Shown: positions 24,329-32,995 of the stretch, in pieces
Layout of the letters: each line of letters begins with the position of its first letter
Numbering within the stretch: position 1 is the stretch's first letter
Source of the DNA: a virus
Length of the DNA: 36,969 bases
Reading direction: 5' to 3' (one strand)
IMG/VR virus record: IMGVR_UViG_3300040770_000189
Span: 1 to 36,969 of that record
Translations under genes and position numbers: made by a program
Notes under the pieces: model-generated
What the model was told of the DNA's origin: nothing
Database searches by the model: none
The model's input: the letters and a program-made list of their open reading frames with translations, nothing else

Positions 24329-24434
24329 AAAAGATAAACCTGTTACGCAAGTTGAAAAATTTGAAAGACTTAAAGAAATAAATCCTGAATTTGAAATATT
24401 AGTTAATGAATTTGAACTTGTTCTTAATTATTAA
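24297..24434 (+). CDS. possible small ORF (45 aa)
   Basis: Read by hand: MKNLETSTPIEKDKPVTQVEKFERLKEINPEFEILVNEFELVLNY. It fills the gap up to the convergent gene. Weak support. Confidence 0.25.
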   Translation: MKNLETSTPIEKDKPVTQVEKFERLKEINPEFEILVNEFELVLNY

Positions 24435-24859
24435 TTTACAAAAAGAAAAAAAGCACCCGTAACAGCTAAGCCAACGCCAAAGCCTTTTATAAACCCAAAA
24501 AACCCGCGCCTTAATCCGGCGCTTTTTTCGTTTTTAGCGATAATTTTCATGTCTTCGACTATCTTGTTCAAATTATTGTTTTGTTGCTTTAAACCAACAG
24601 AAACAGCTTCCTGAAGCAAGTCTTTTTTATTTTGCTGTTCTTTAATCGAATCACAAACTAAAAGAGCTAATTTTATATATTTTAATTCCTCTTTTGCTTT
24701 TTTTCCTTCTATCATTTTTATAGTAGCGTTGTCCATATCTTTAACGGCCACTTTTATACTGTCTTTTTTTGCGTTTGATTTATTCGTTTGCAAGTTTTGC
24801 GAAAACGTCACGCCTGTTATAAACAGGACGGCCAATATAATCAGTTTTTTGTTTTTCAT
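24431..24859 (-). CDS. secreted protein with a C-terminal membrane anchor (spanin-like candidate)
   Basis: Signal peptide MKNKKLIILAVLFITGVTFSQ, a coiled-coil middle, and a C-terminal TM segment GFFGFIKGFGVGLAVTGAFFLFVN. No lipobox Cys. The start lies 80 nt inside the upstream gene. Confidence 0.5.
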   Translation of the reverse strand: MKNKKLIILAVLFITGVTFSQNLQTNKSNAKKDSIKVAVKDMDNATIKMIEGKKAKEELKYIKLALLVCDSIKEQQNKKDLLQEAVSVGLKQQNNNLNKIVEDMKIIAKNEKSAGLRRGFFGFIKGFGVGLAVTGAFFLFVN

Positions 24860-25136
24860 AAGTAATTTCTATTTTTGAAGCTTTGTTTTTATAGTATTGT
24901 TCAATTGCTTCGAGTTTTTTTATTTTTTCTTCTTTGATTGTAATCAAAGCTTCAACTTCTTTTTGTTTAACCAAAATAACAGCGTTTTCTTTTTCAAGTC
25001 TTTTCACTTCTTTTTTTTGTCTGTTGTTGTCTTCCCGAATCGGTGAAATAACCCAATATTGCATAATAGCAACACAAACCCAAAGCAATGCAAAAAGAGA
25101 CAAATAAACTTTGTATGTTTTTATAAATTTTAACAT
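24780..25136 (-). CDS. N-terminally anchored coiled-coil protein (i-spanin-like or holin candidate)
   Basis: TM segment VYLSLFALLWVCVAIMQYWVI followed by a charged coiled coil. Lies immediately after the amidase gene. Confidence 0.5.
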   Translation of the reverse strand: MLKFIKTYKVYLSLFALLWVCVAIMQYWVISPIREDNNRQKKEVKRLEKENAVILVKQKEVEALITIKEEKIKKLEAIEQYYKNKASKIEITYEKQKTDYIGRPVYNRRDVFAKLANE

Positions 25137-25729
25137 TCTAATATCTTTTTTATAGCCTGAAAAACTGCATTAGCAATTTTGTTCTGACCTTCTTCAGAAA
25201 GTAAAATAAGATAATCTTCTTTGTTTGTCATAAAAAAGTTTTCAATTAGTACCGCTGGACAATTAACTTTTCTAAGAATAAAAAAGTCTTCTTCTTTGTC
25301 GCTGTCTCCGTCGCTGGTATCTATTCTAAATTTTGATTTTGGAAAAGCTTTTTTCATTTCCAAAGTTATTGCTTCAGCTATTTCGTCAGAATTTGTTTTT
25401 CCTTTTGTTGTGAAAATTTCCCAGCCTGAAGCCGTTTCAACGCCAGCGTTTGAATGAAAACTTATTAGCATTGTTTCGCTTGCTGAATATTTATTTGCTC
25501 GTTTTACGCGTTCTTCAAGTGAAACGTCCGTAACTTCGGGAACTAGTTCAACGGCTTTTATTCCAGCGCCTAAAATCAAGGCCAAAGTTTTCTTCGCAAT
25601 TTGTCTATTTGTTACGCCTTCGTATAAAATACCTTTTCCGAAGTCAGGCGAACGTTTTCCGGCTGTTTGTGGTACTCCTTTGATAACGCCACCGTGACCG
25701 CTATCAATAAGAATCATTCTATTTTTCAT
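25130..25729 (-). CDS. N-acetylmuramoyl-L-alanine amidase (Amidase_3) endolysin
   Basis: ILIDSGHGG, YEG, ERVKRAN, LISFHSNA and VLIENFFMTN match the zinc-amidase pattern. Confidence 0.8.
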   Translation of the reverse strand: MKNRMILIDSGHGGVIKGVPQTAGKRSPDFGKGILYEGVTNRQIAKKTLALILGAGIKAVELVPEVTDVSLEERVKRANKYSASETMLISFHSNAGVETASGWEIFTTKGKTNSDEIAEAITLEMKKAFPKSKFRIDTSDGDSDKEEDFFILRKVNCPAVLIENFFMTNKEDYLILLSEEGQNKIANAVFQAIKKILEC

Positions 25730-25738
25730 AATTAATTT

Positions 25739-26017
25739 TTAAATTGTTATTGTTCCAAACTTTTTTTCATACTTTTCAAGCTGTTTCGTTTGTGTTTCAA
25801 CTATTCCTTTTAAATAGTTGTTTAGTTTTACAAGTTCCTCGATCTGAACTTTCATATCGTCAAGAAGGCCTTTTTCTATAACTCTAACGGTTTTCAAGTT
25901 TTCAAGTTCAGTCGTTTTTTCGTTTTGCCACTTCATTTTTAACCCACTGAAGAAAATCGCAATTGAACCAAGCGCGCCAACTATAAATTCCCAATTTTTT
26001 GTAATAAATGTATTCAT
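25739..26017 (-). CDS. single-TM coiled-coil protein (holin candidate)
   Basis: WEFIVGALGSIAIFFSGL followed by a coiled coil. Lies directly upstream of the endolysin. Confidence 0.45.
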   Translation of the reverse strand: MNTFITKNWEFIVGALGSIAIFFSGLKMKWQNEKTTELENLKTVRVIEKGLLDDMKVQIEELVKLNNYLKGIVETQTKQLEKYEKKFGTITI

Positions 26018-26018
26018 A

Positions 26019-26858
26019 TTAAAAGCCTATATATTGAATCCAAATAGCCGAATAAAATCTTGGTTCTATTTCAAAAGCTTCAGCTATGCCGTTACCGTTA
26101 CCGGTATTTGAAGAAGGAAAAGAAAAGCTTTTTGAAGAACCGCTTCCAGCAAGGTCATTCGTTTTTAAAAAGTCGTCACCACCATCGGAACGCGCTCCGC
26201 CTGTTCCAAATGTTTTGTTTAAAGATAAAGAGGGCGTTGTATGGTCGTGAGGTGGTAAATTCTGAACTGATAACGTCCTTGTTTTTGAACCGCCCGTATT
26301 TGTAACATTACTTTCAGAACCAGCCATTTTAATAAATTTATCTCTTAAATCTATAGCCGGCGCCCCGTTTACGGTTCCGCCTGTTCCGTCCATAACACGG
26401 TAAAATTTAGGTATATTGACAGCATCAAACCAAAGAATGGCCGAACCTATAGGCTGGCGCGTTTCTGCTAATCTTGTAAGGCTCGAATAAGCAAAACTTG
26501 AAATTAATACATCGCCAACAACTATTTCGTTTGTAGTAGCGTATCTAGTTACATAAGCGTCTTTTAAATCAAGACTTCCGTCATTGTTTTGATCAATGTT
26601 ATAAGGCACTTGTTCCGTATGCTCCTGAATATAAATAGTCGATCCAAGTCCTGAAGAAATAAAAGGAATTATTTCTTTGTTTTTTATTAAATAACCATTT
26701 GAAAGCGTTCCAGCGGTATCAATAACACCTTCTAAAACTACACCGTCACCGGTTAAATTTGTCAAGGCTTCTATAGGCTTAGAATAAGAATTTTGTAAGA
26801 AAGCCAAAGTTTCGGTTGTCATTGGAAAACCTCCAGCAAATAATTTGATTATATCCAT
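26019..26858 (-). CDS. tail fibre protein with a tail-collar domain
   Basis: GSAILWFDAVNIPKFYRVMDGTGG...IDLRDKFIKMAG...GGSKTRTLSVQNLPPHDHT fits the phage tail-collar pattern (G.I..f....P.gw...dG...pDLR..f..g....G....tl....lP.H.H). Confidence 0.7.
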   Translation of the reverse strand: MDIIKLFAGGFPMTTETLAFLQNSYSKPIEALTNLTGDGVVLEGVIDTAGTLSNGYLIKNKEIIPFISSGLGSTIYIQEHTEQVPYNIDQNNDGSLDLKDAYVTRYATTNEIVVGDVLISSFAYSSLTRLAETRQPIGSAILWFDAVNIPKFYRVMDGTGGTVNGAPAIDLRDKFIKMAGSESNVTNTGGSKTRTLSVQNLPPHDHTTPSLSLNKTFGTGGARSDGGDDFLKTNDLAGSGSSKSFSFPSSNTGNGNGIAEAFEIEPRFYSAIWIQYIGF

Positions 26859-27346
26859 AATATTTTAAATCTTTTTGAAGCAATTTTATAATAATTTGTT
26901 AGTGCTTTTATCTTGTTTTCAAAGTTAATCAAAGCTATTGGATTATTTGGCTTTATTAATACAGGAAAATTTAAAATAAAATCAACATCTATAATTTCAG
27001 GCGGTTGTATAGGGTACAAGTACTGAGAGCCTATAAAAACAGGCTTGTTTTCTGCTGTTGTATAAATATATAAAGGATCAAAAACAGGCAATTCCGATAT
27101 AAACACCCTTCTTTCTGAACTGTCAAAAGCGTCGTTTAATACTTTTTCAAGAAGGATCACTTGGCCGTTATGGACAACCTTATAAATTTGTTTTTCTCTA
27201 TATTTTATAAATTCTTTATGAATAATTGCAATAGGTTCTATAAAACTATTTATCCAATCAATCATAATATTAGAGCGCCAAAATATAGGCGTTAATAATA
27301 AAGCCAATTTACTAAAATCAATGCTAAATATTTTTTTATAATTCAC
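26849..27346 (-). CDS. baseplate/tail protein (in the position of Mu gp48 / P2 gpI)
   Basis: Synteny only. Confidence 0.3.
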   Translation of the reverse strand: MNYKKIFSIDFSKLALLLTPIFWRSNIMIDWINSFIEPIAIIHKEFIKYREKQIYKVVHNGQVILLEKVLNDAFDSSERRVFISELPVFDPLYIYTTAENKPVFIGSQYLYPIQPPEIIDVDFILNFPVLIKPNNPIALINFENKIKALTNYYKIASKRFKILWI

Positions 27347-28208
27347 GGCTTAAAAATGTAAATGTTGTATTTTCTTCGTCTAATTTCATATATCCAGCGT
27401 CAGAAATATAAAATTCGTTAATTGAAGAGTACGGAAAAAGTCCGTATTTCGCCGAAGCCGAAACAAGAACGGGTTCTTCAACTCCTTCAATTCCCTGTAA
27501 AAAATCAGTTAATTTTGTTAAAATTATTTCACCGTTAAACTCTAAATTTCGTAAAAACAAACGAACAGCATTTTGGACGGGTTCGTTTTCAGTACCGTCT
27601 AAACGCGCCCCGTAAACGTCCAAAACTAAAGGGTCGTAATAAATTGTATAATTAACTTTGAAGTCGTCAGGAACGCGCGAAATAATTATTAAACGCGTTC
27701 CGGCGTACTTTATAGCTTCGGCGTAATTTTTAAAAGCTGTTAACTGTAAATCTGACAAGGGCGCTAAATCTTTGTTTAAGTCTTCAGTTGCAACTTTTAT
27801 TTTTAAGCGTCCTTCTATTTCTTCAATAGCGCTTTGTTTAATTATTAAGCTTGCTATAATTTCGGCCTGAAGTATTCCGGTATTGTCATAAACGCCCATT
27901 TCAGTAAGAGGAAAACCAAATTGAAATTCAAGCATTTTCTGTCGATACCAAGGTTTAGAGCCTATTTTATTTAATAAAATTAACTGTTCTATCTCTACTT
28001 TAAACAGGTCAAAAACCTGTTCAATTGTCCATATACCAAAAGCGCAAATATATACCCATAAACGCCAAATAGCCACCTTTGAAGTACTTGTTAAATTTAA
28101 CAACGTGTTTTGCTCGCTTTCAGTTAAAACTTCAAGCGCTGACAATGAAGCGGTCGTTTGCTTTTTCTGAAGTATAATTTCCTGTATTTCGTTTAACGTT
28201 CTTGACAT
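27336..28208 (-). CDS. baseplate wedge protein (in the position of gpJ / Mu gp47)
   Basis: Synteny and size (290 aa) only. Confidence 0.35.
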   Translation of the reverse strand: MSRTLNEIQEIILQKKQTTASLSALEVLTESEQNTLLNLTSTSKVAIWRLWVYICAFGIWTIEQVFDLFKVEIEQLILLNKIGSKPWYRQKMLEFQFGFPLTEMGVYDNTGILQAEIIASLIIKQSAIEEIEGRLKIKVATEDLNKDLAPLSDLQLTAFKNYAEAIKYAGTRLIIISRVPDDFKVNYTIYYDPLVLDVYGARLDGTENEPVQNAVRLFLRNLEFNGEIILTKLTDFLQGIEGVEEPVLVSASAKYGLFPYSSINEFYISDAGYMKLDEENTTFTFLSREL

Positions 28209-28210
28209 TT

Positions 28211-28729
28211 TTATATAAATTCAAAGTTTTGAGAAACTAAATTTTGGCCGTTCATTATTAAGGTGTTAATAATCCACTGCTTAGCAAATTCATTTTCAAT
28301 TGTGAGTTCAGGCGCTTCAAGAGTTCCGCCGTCAAAATAATTTAAAGCGTCTTCAAAAGTAGGGTGTCCAAAATCTGAAATTGTGGCGCCCTTCGGTAAT
28401 TTTCCTTTGTTTTTACTTAGTAATTCTAGCAAAGGAACGTTTATAAATTCTTTTTCGCTTCCAATTTCTTCAGGTAATACTTCAGTGTTTTTTATTTTAG
28501 CTAAAGCGGTTCTATTTGAATTATTAGCTTCAAAATTCATTCCTTGAAAAGCTAGTGTATTAGTAGCCAAAATTATTCTTTTGTCATTGCCAATAACATA
28601 CATTTCAAAAGTAACTGAAAAATAATTTTCTTGTCTTTTATGTGTTATTTGTGTTTCTTCGATAAAAACTTTCGAAAAAGCGCCTTGACCCTCTAAGGGT
28701 GAATTATAAGTTTCAGTAAATAGTTTCAT
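28211..28729 (-). CDS. hypothetical tail-associated protein (172 aa)
   Basis: Follows the large fibre gene. No motif recognised. Confidence 0.4.
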   Translation of the reverse strand: MKLFTETYNSPLEGQGAFSKVFIEETQITHKRQENYFSVTFEMYVIGNDKRIILATNTLAFQGMNFEANNSNRTALAKIKNTEVLPEEIGSEKEFINVPLLELLSKNKGKLPKGATISDFGHPTFEDALNYFDGGTLEAPELTIENEFAKQWIINTLIMNGQNLVSQNFEFI

Positions 28730-28731
28730 AA

Positions 28732-30618
28732 TTAAAATGAATTTGGTGTTTTGTCTGTAAATGTTGTTTGAGCGTCAAAAACTCCGTTTGACTTAACGAA
28801 GCCTGTTTTTACGATATTAAATAAAGAACTCGGATTTGATCCCGTTATAAGCGATCCGCCCGCTACGTTTCTAATTATTTCCACGTTATTAAAATAAATC
28901 GTTCTAGTTCCTGAAAAAGACATATTTCTAAATAAAAAATCATCTACTAATATAGTAGAATTTATTACAGTAAATGAAAAATTATCGCCGTCGCAATTTA
29001 TTCTGTTCATTTTTCCATAAAAGTCTTTTACTACAATTCCGGATAAAGGACTAAATACCTGAATAATTCCTAAAAAATAAATTCCAGCTTTACCTGTCAA
29101 AGTTGAGTATTGGCTAGGAAATATAACGGTCGTCGCGTCTGTTTCTAGGTTCGTAATGTCAAAAGCTCTACCTACTGTGATTTGCCAAACAGCCGAACCT
29201 GTAATTTTAACTAATCCTTTGAATTTTTCAGAATGAATAAAAAGATAATCAACGGCCGTAACTCTTATTTCTTTTATAGTAAAGTCTGAATCTTCAGTTC
29301 CGAACATGTTTTTATTTGAAGTATAGCTTATAAAATTAAAAGTTCCTTTTCCGAAAAGCCTTCCTGAACCCGTATTATTGTACACTACATTAGTACAAGA
29401 ATAAAATGACTTTAAACTTGATGAATTAAAAAGGGTAGCCTGTACGTTTGTAGCGTTTACTGTTATATTCAGAACATTTATATGTATAGGTAAAACACTG
29501 TCTAAACTACTATTTGAAGGTATAGTTGCAATCAATGAGCAAAAAGGCGCTTCAATGTATATTTGTGGTAAAGTAGTGAATCCAACCCACTGAGAAATAT
29601 CTATTGTACCGCTATTATAGCAGAAAAATTTTATTTTCCTTGTCGTTGGAAAATTTAATATTCTTGTAACATTGTCGCATAAAAACACAAAATCCCAAGC
29701 GTTTGCGTCCGCTGTAGGTAACGCTGAAAAAGCTGAATTGCAGGTTTTAAATGGAAAAGAAGCGTCTTCAGTCCTTCCGGTAACGTCTGAACCGTTTACG
29801 GTGTCAATAAACACGGTATAAGGTATTTTAGCGCCTGAAGCCGGCGCGTTTCCTTCAACGTTCCAAACATTTAAAGCTATGTTAGTTAAAATAAAACTTT
29901 CACCTTTTGGAAAAGTCAAAGCGTTTCCTACAAAAGTAATTCCAGCGCCGGAAATAGTAACCGAACCGTTACCTTGAACAGTTCCTTTTATTTTGGTTCC
30001 GGTGTACCAAGCAACAGACGCGTCTGTTGGAACGGTCAAGGTTGTCGGGTTTGCATTAGAAAATACAATTCTTTTGTTTACGTCAGTTAATGATATTGTT
30101 TTTACAATACTTGCTTCAGAAACTATCCCTTCATAAGTAAGCGCTGTAACTGCATTCTGTATTGTTGTTATTAATCCTAAGTAATAATTTGAAAAATCAT
30201 TTTGAGAAAGTCCGTATCCGGTTATTTTGTCAACCTTACCATTTAAAGCGTCGGTTAATCCTATAATATCTCCAATTCCTCTACTAGCTAAATTATTAAG
30301 GGTTTCTTGAAGTCCTTGAATGTCTCCAATACTTACGCTTGACAAAGAATCAAGTATTGCTTGAAGTCCTGAAACGTCTGAAACTTCTAAATTTGTAATA
30401 GCTGTATTCAGGTTGTTTAAAGCTGTTTGCAATCCTATAACGTCTGAAATTCCCAATTGTTCAAGAGTTGTCAAGGCTTCTTCAAGACCCGTTACTTGTG
30501 AGGCTAAAATGTAACTGTCAAGGTGAAGGTAACTTTCAAGAAAGTCATAAAATTGCTGTTGTGTTGGTCTGTCGCCTGTTTTAAAATAGTTCTTTAAATC
30601 CGAAATAGATTTTTTCAT
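28732..30618 (-). CDS. tail fibre / tailspike protein (628 aa)
   Basis: N-terminal tandem repeats of the xGLQxxLxxL type, a KVDKITGYGLSQNDFSNYY motif common in fibre proteins, and a long beta-rich Thr/Ser/Asn/Gly C-terminal part. Confidence 0.65.
   Translation of the reverse strand: MKKSISDLKNYFKTGDRPTQQQFYDFLESYLHLDSYILASQVTGLEEALTTLEQLGISDVIGLQTALNNLNTAITNLEVSDVSGLQAILDSLSSVSIGDIQGLQETLNNLASRGIGDIIGLTDALNGKVDKITGYGLSQNDFSNYYLGLITTIQNAVTALTYEGIVSEASIVKTISLTDVNKRIVFSNANPTTLTVPTDASVAWYTGTKIKGTVQGNGSVTISGAGITFVGNALTFPKGESFILTNIALNVWNVEGNAPASGAKIPYTVFIDTVNGSDVTGRTEDASFPFKTCNSAFSALPTADANAWDFVFLCDNVTRILNFPTTRKIKFFCYNSGTIDISQWVGFTTLPQIYIEAPFCSLIATIPSNSSLDSVLPIHINVLNITVNATNVQATLFNSSSLKSFYSCTNVVYNNTGSGRLFGKGTFNFISYTSNKNMFGTEDSDFTIKEIRVTAVDYLFIHSEKFKGLVKITGSAVWQITVGRAFDITNLETDATTVIFPSQYSTLTGKAGIYFLGIIQVFSPLSGIVVKDFYGKMNRINCDGDNFSFTVINSTILVDDFLFRNMSFSGTRTIYFNNVEIIRNVAGGSLITGSNPSSLFNIVKTGFVKSNGVFDAQTTFTDKTPNSF
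30235..30495 (-). repeat. coding tandem repeats (5 units of 18-22 aa) in the fibre gene
   Basis: The five units are VTGLEEALTTLEQLGISD, VIGLQTALNNLNTAITNLEVSD, VSGLQAILDSLSSVSIGD, IQGLQETLNNLASRGIGD and IIGLTDALNGKVDK. Confidence 0.75.
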
Positions 30619-30619
30619 T

Positions 30620-30913
30620 TTATTGTACTATAAAGTTATTTTCAATTATCATTTCTCCAATACCAAACAAATAAGTTTCAAGAAGCGGAAAACCCGTTGC
30701 AAGTTCGATATTTTTTTGTAAAAAATATGAAGAAATTTCGTTTTTTTTAATTTCTGAAACAGAAACTTTTAAAATTTCGTTTGAATATATGTCGTCAGTA
30801 ATAGCCAAATCGTTAAGCGCTCCAAATAAAAAGCTTGCTTCGGCTGTTCCTAACGTTTGAGTAACTATATCAAAAACACTTTGATTTTCTTTTATTTTTA
30901 CTGTTTCGCTCAT
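30620..30913 (-). CDS. LysM-like / gpX-like small tail protein (97 aa)
   Basis: VKIKENQSVFDIVTQTLGTAEASFLFGALNDLAITDDIYSNEILKV resembles a LysM-type fold pattern. Confidence 0.35.
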   Translation of the reverse strand: MSETVKIKENQSVFDIVTQTLGTAEASFLFGALNDLAITDDIYSNEILKVSVSEIKKNEISSYFLQKNIELATGFPLLETYLFGIGEMIIENNFIVQ

Positions 30914-31207
30914 TTATTTTAATCTTTGCGCGTTTATACTAATTCCGTTTTCGTCAATTTCTATTTTTTGGACGTTAAAATTATCAAGTACAAGCTGGCG
31001 ACGAATATCTTGTTTTAGTTCTTGGCCTGATTTTGATCCTTTTAATTCGTTAATAATTCCAACGCCAATTAAAGGCGTTTCAAAAAAATACCCTTTATTA
31101 GCCTTTAAAATATTTTCAATGTGAATGTCGTCGCTTTCTACAAGCTGAAAATCGCCGTTCACAATAACCAAGTCTTCAAGAAAATTTAAGTCTTTTACAG
31201 CTTCCAT
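30914..31207 (-). CDS. baseplate wedge protein (gp25/gpW-like, 97 aa)
   Basis: IENILKANKGYFFETPLIGVGIINEL...IRRQL...FNVQKIEIDENGISINA fits a reduced gp25/W pattern. Follows the spike gene. Confidence 0.45.
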   Translation of the reverse strand: MEAVKDLNFLEDLVIVNGDFQLVESDDIHIENILKANKGYFFETPLIGVGIINELKGSKSGQELKQDIRRQLVLDNFNVQKIEIDENGISINAQRLK

Positions 31208-31993
31208 TTAATGCGTGTTTTGCGGGTTACTAATATCCGTTACATCAACAGCCGTAACGTTTGGGTTCCAAGAATTTAACCTTGTTTTTAAATTGGCGCC
31301 CCCGTCATTATTTACAGGCGTCCAAGATGTAAATTTAGCTTTTAAATCCTGAAAATCTTGTTTAATTTTATTTATTTCTGATACTAAAGAAGCGCTTTTT
31401 GGAACGCCACCATTAGCGCCACCGTTAAGAGATACGGAACCAACAACAGAAACGGCGCCTGATACTGAAGCGTTTCCTGAAATTGTAACGTTTCCGGTTA
31501 AGTTTACGGCTGTAGCTATAATTTCCGCTAAAGTTCCGGTAACTTTAAAAGAATCTGAATTGAAACTTGTTTCTGTAGCGCTAACGGTCATAACTTCGCA
31601 GTCAATATTTACGCCTTGGCTGTCAATTGTGACGTCGTTAGCTTTCACATTAACGTTTTCAGTTTCTAAATTTGCGCTAGTTGAATTAATAAAAAAAGAC
31701 GTTTCGCCTATATCTAATTTTATTTTTTCTATTTCGCTATTTAAAGCCACATAAGCGACTTCTTTTGAAATAAAGCTAACTATTACGTCAGAACCTATTT
31801 TTGGGAACGTAACCAAGCCAATAGCGCCCGAAATCATAGATTGTAGCCTTACGTCAAAAATTTCAGCCGAACCGTTTAAAGGTTTGGCGTGAATAGTTCT
31901 TTGATCCTGATCAACTTCAATAACAGAACATAAAACGGAATAAATTTCCTCTTTGTTTTCGTGTAGTTTTTTTAATATGTCTTTTAGTTCCAT
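31208..31993 (-). CDS. baseplate central spike (gpV / Mu gp45-like)
   Basis: N-terminal OB-like part followed by a repetitive V/N/T/S-rich beta-helix-like segment (NVNVKANDVTIDSQGVNIDCEVMTVSATETSF...NLTGNVTISGNASVSGAVSVVGSVSLNG). Confidence 0.55.
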   Translation of the reverse strand: MELKDILKKLHENKEEIYSVLCSVIEVDQDQRTIHAKPLNGSAEIFDVRLQSMISGAIGLVTFPKIGSDVIVSFISKEVAYVALNSEIEKIKLDIGETSFFINSTSANLETENVNVKANDVTIDSQGVNIDCEVMTVSATETSFNSDSFKVTGTLAEIIATAVNLTGNVTISGNASVSGAVSVVGSVSLNGGANGGVPKSASLVSEINKIKQDFQDLKAKFTSWTPVNNDGGANLKTRLNSWNPNVTAVDVTDISNPQNTH

Positions 31994-32994
31994 TATTTCG
32001 CGCTTATTTTTACGCCAAGCGTTATCGTTTGAAAATATCCGTCAATCCCAAATCTTGGGTTTACTTCTTCGGCGTAGTAAATACCGTTTTGCTCAGGCTG
32101 TTTTTTATTTACAATTTCCACTTCGTCGCCGTGACTTACTAGCGAATAAATGAAAGTTTCAAAACTGCCAAAAAAACCTTCATATTTTAAGCGTTCTTTT
32201 TCGCGTTCCCCTATCTTTTTTAATTCGTTCAAGTCGCTTACGTTGTAAGTAAAAATTGTCCTTTGTTCGCCGTCAGTGTCGCCAACTTCAATTTCTAGCT
32301 TCTTATTGTCTTCAAGCATTGAAACAACTTTAACTTTTATTCTAACGTCAGTTTCTTTTTTATACTCTAAATTTGAATATGAAATTATATTTTCTTCAAA
32401 TTCGAATTTGTGACGTTTACCGCCACCGTTATAGGCTAAACCTACATAAAGGGTCTGTTCTCTAAAAAAAGAAGTGAGGGCGTAAGTGCTTTTTAGTTCG
32501 TCAAGAACTTGTACAATATTAACGTTTGTAAGCCTGAAGGCGTAAAATTCAGCTTCTACAGTCTTTATTTTTATCTTTTCCAGCGCTGTTTTTATTGCTG
32601 GTGAAGCCTTTTCAATAGCAAGCGCCAAACACTTTTTTATTAGTTCTTCAAGTTTTATTTTTTTGAAAGATACTGTTAAATTAGTTTGTTTTAAAATCCA
32701 AGAAGGGTCTTCAAACTGAAGTTCAACATTTTCCGCCGGTGTTATTTTGGTCAAATAACCCTCAAAAACTTTTTCAATTTTTGGGAAATAGCCTATTGAA
32801 ATTTTTGTTAAGTCTCCTTTTTTAAACAGGTTTTCGTTTCCAATATAAATCGTTTTACCATCTTTTACCACTTTTTTAGGCATTGTAATAAAAGCCGTGT
32901 CAGTGAATTTTTTCCAAGTTGAAGAAATTTCACCCGTAGTTATATAAGAAAACTTTTCATTTCCTATTTCTATTTTTATCCAAGGTCTTAGCAT
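31993..32994 (-). CDS. baseplate hub protein (gpD / Mu gp44-like)
   Basis: 333 aa, between the tape-measure-proximal gene and the spike. Synteny with the Mu/P2 order. Confidence 0.45.
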   Translation of the reverse strand: MLRPWIKIEIGNEKFSYITTGEISSTWKKFTDTAFITMPKKVVKDGKTIYIGNENLFKKGDLTKISIGYFPKIEKVFEGYLTKITPAENVELQFEDPSWILKQTNLTVSFKKIKLEELIKKCLALAIEKASPAIKTALEKIKIKTVEAEFYAFRLTNVNIVQVLDELKSTYALTSFFREQTLYVGLAYNGGGKRHKFEFEENIISYSNLEYKKETDVRIKVKVVSMLEDNKKLEIEVGDTDGEQRTIFTYNVSDLNELKKIGEREKERLKYEGFFGSFETFIYSLVSHGDEVEIVNKKQPEQNGIYYAEEVNPRFGIDGYFQTITLGVKISAK

Positions 32995-32995
32995 A

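Noticed and set aside
24780-24859. Whether the 80-nt overlap between two lysis-region ORFs is a programmed frameshift.
   Set aside because: The downstream ORF has its own ATG, followed at once by a complete signal peptide. No slippery heptamer was seen at the overlap. An overlapped gene pair is the simpler reading.
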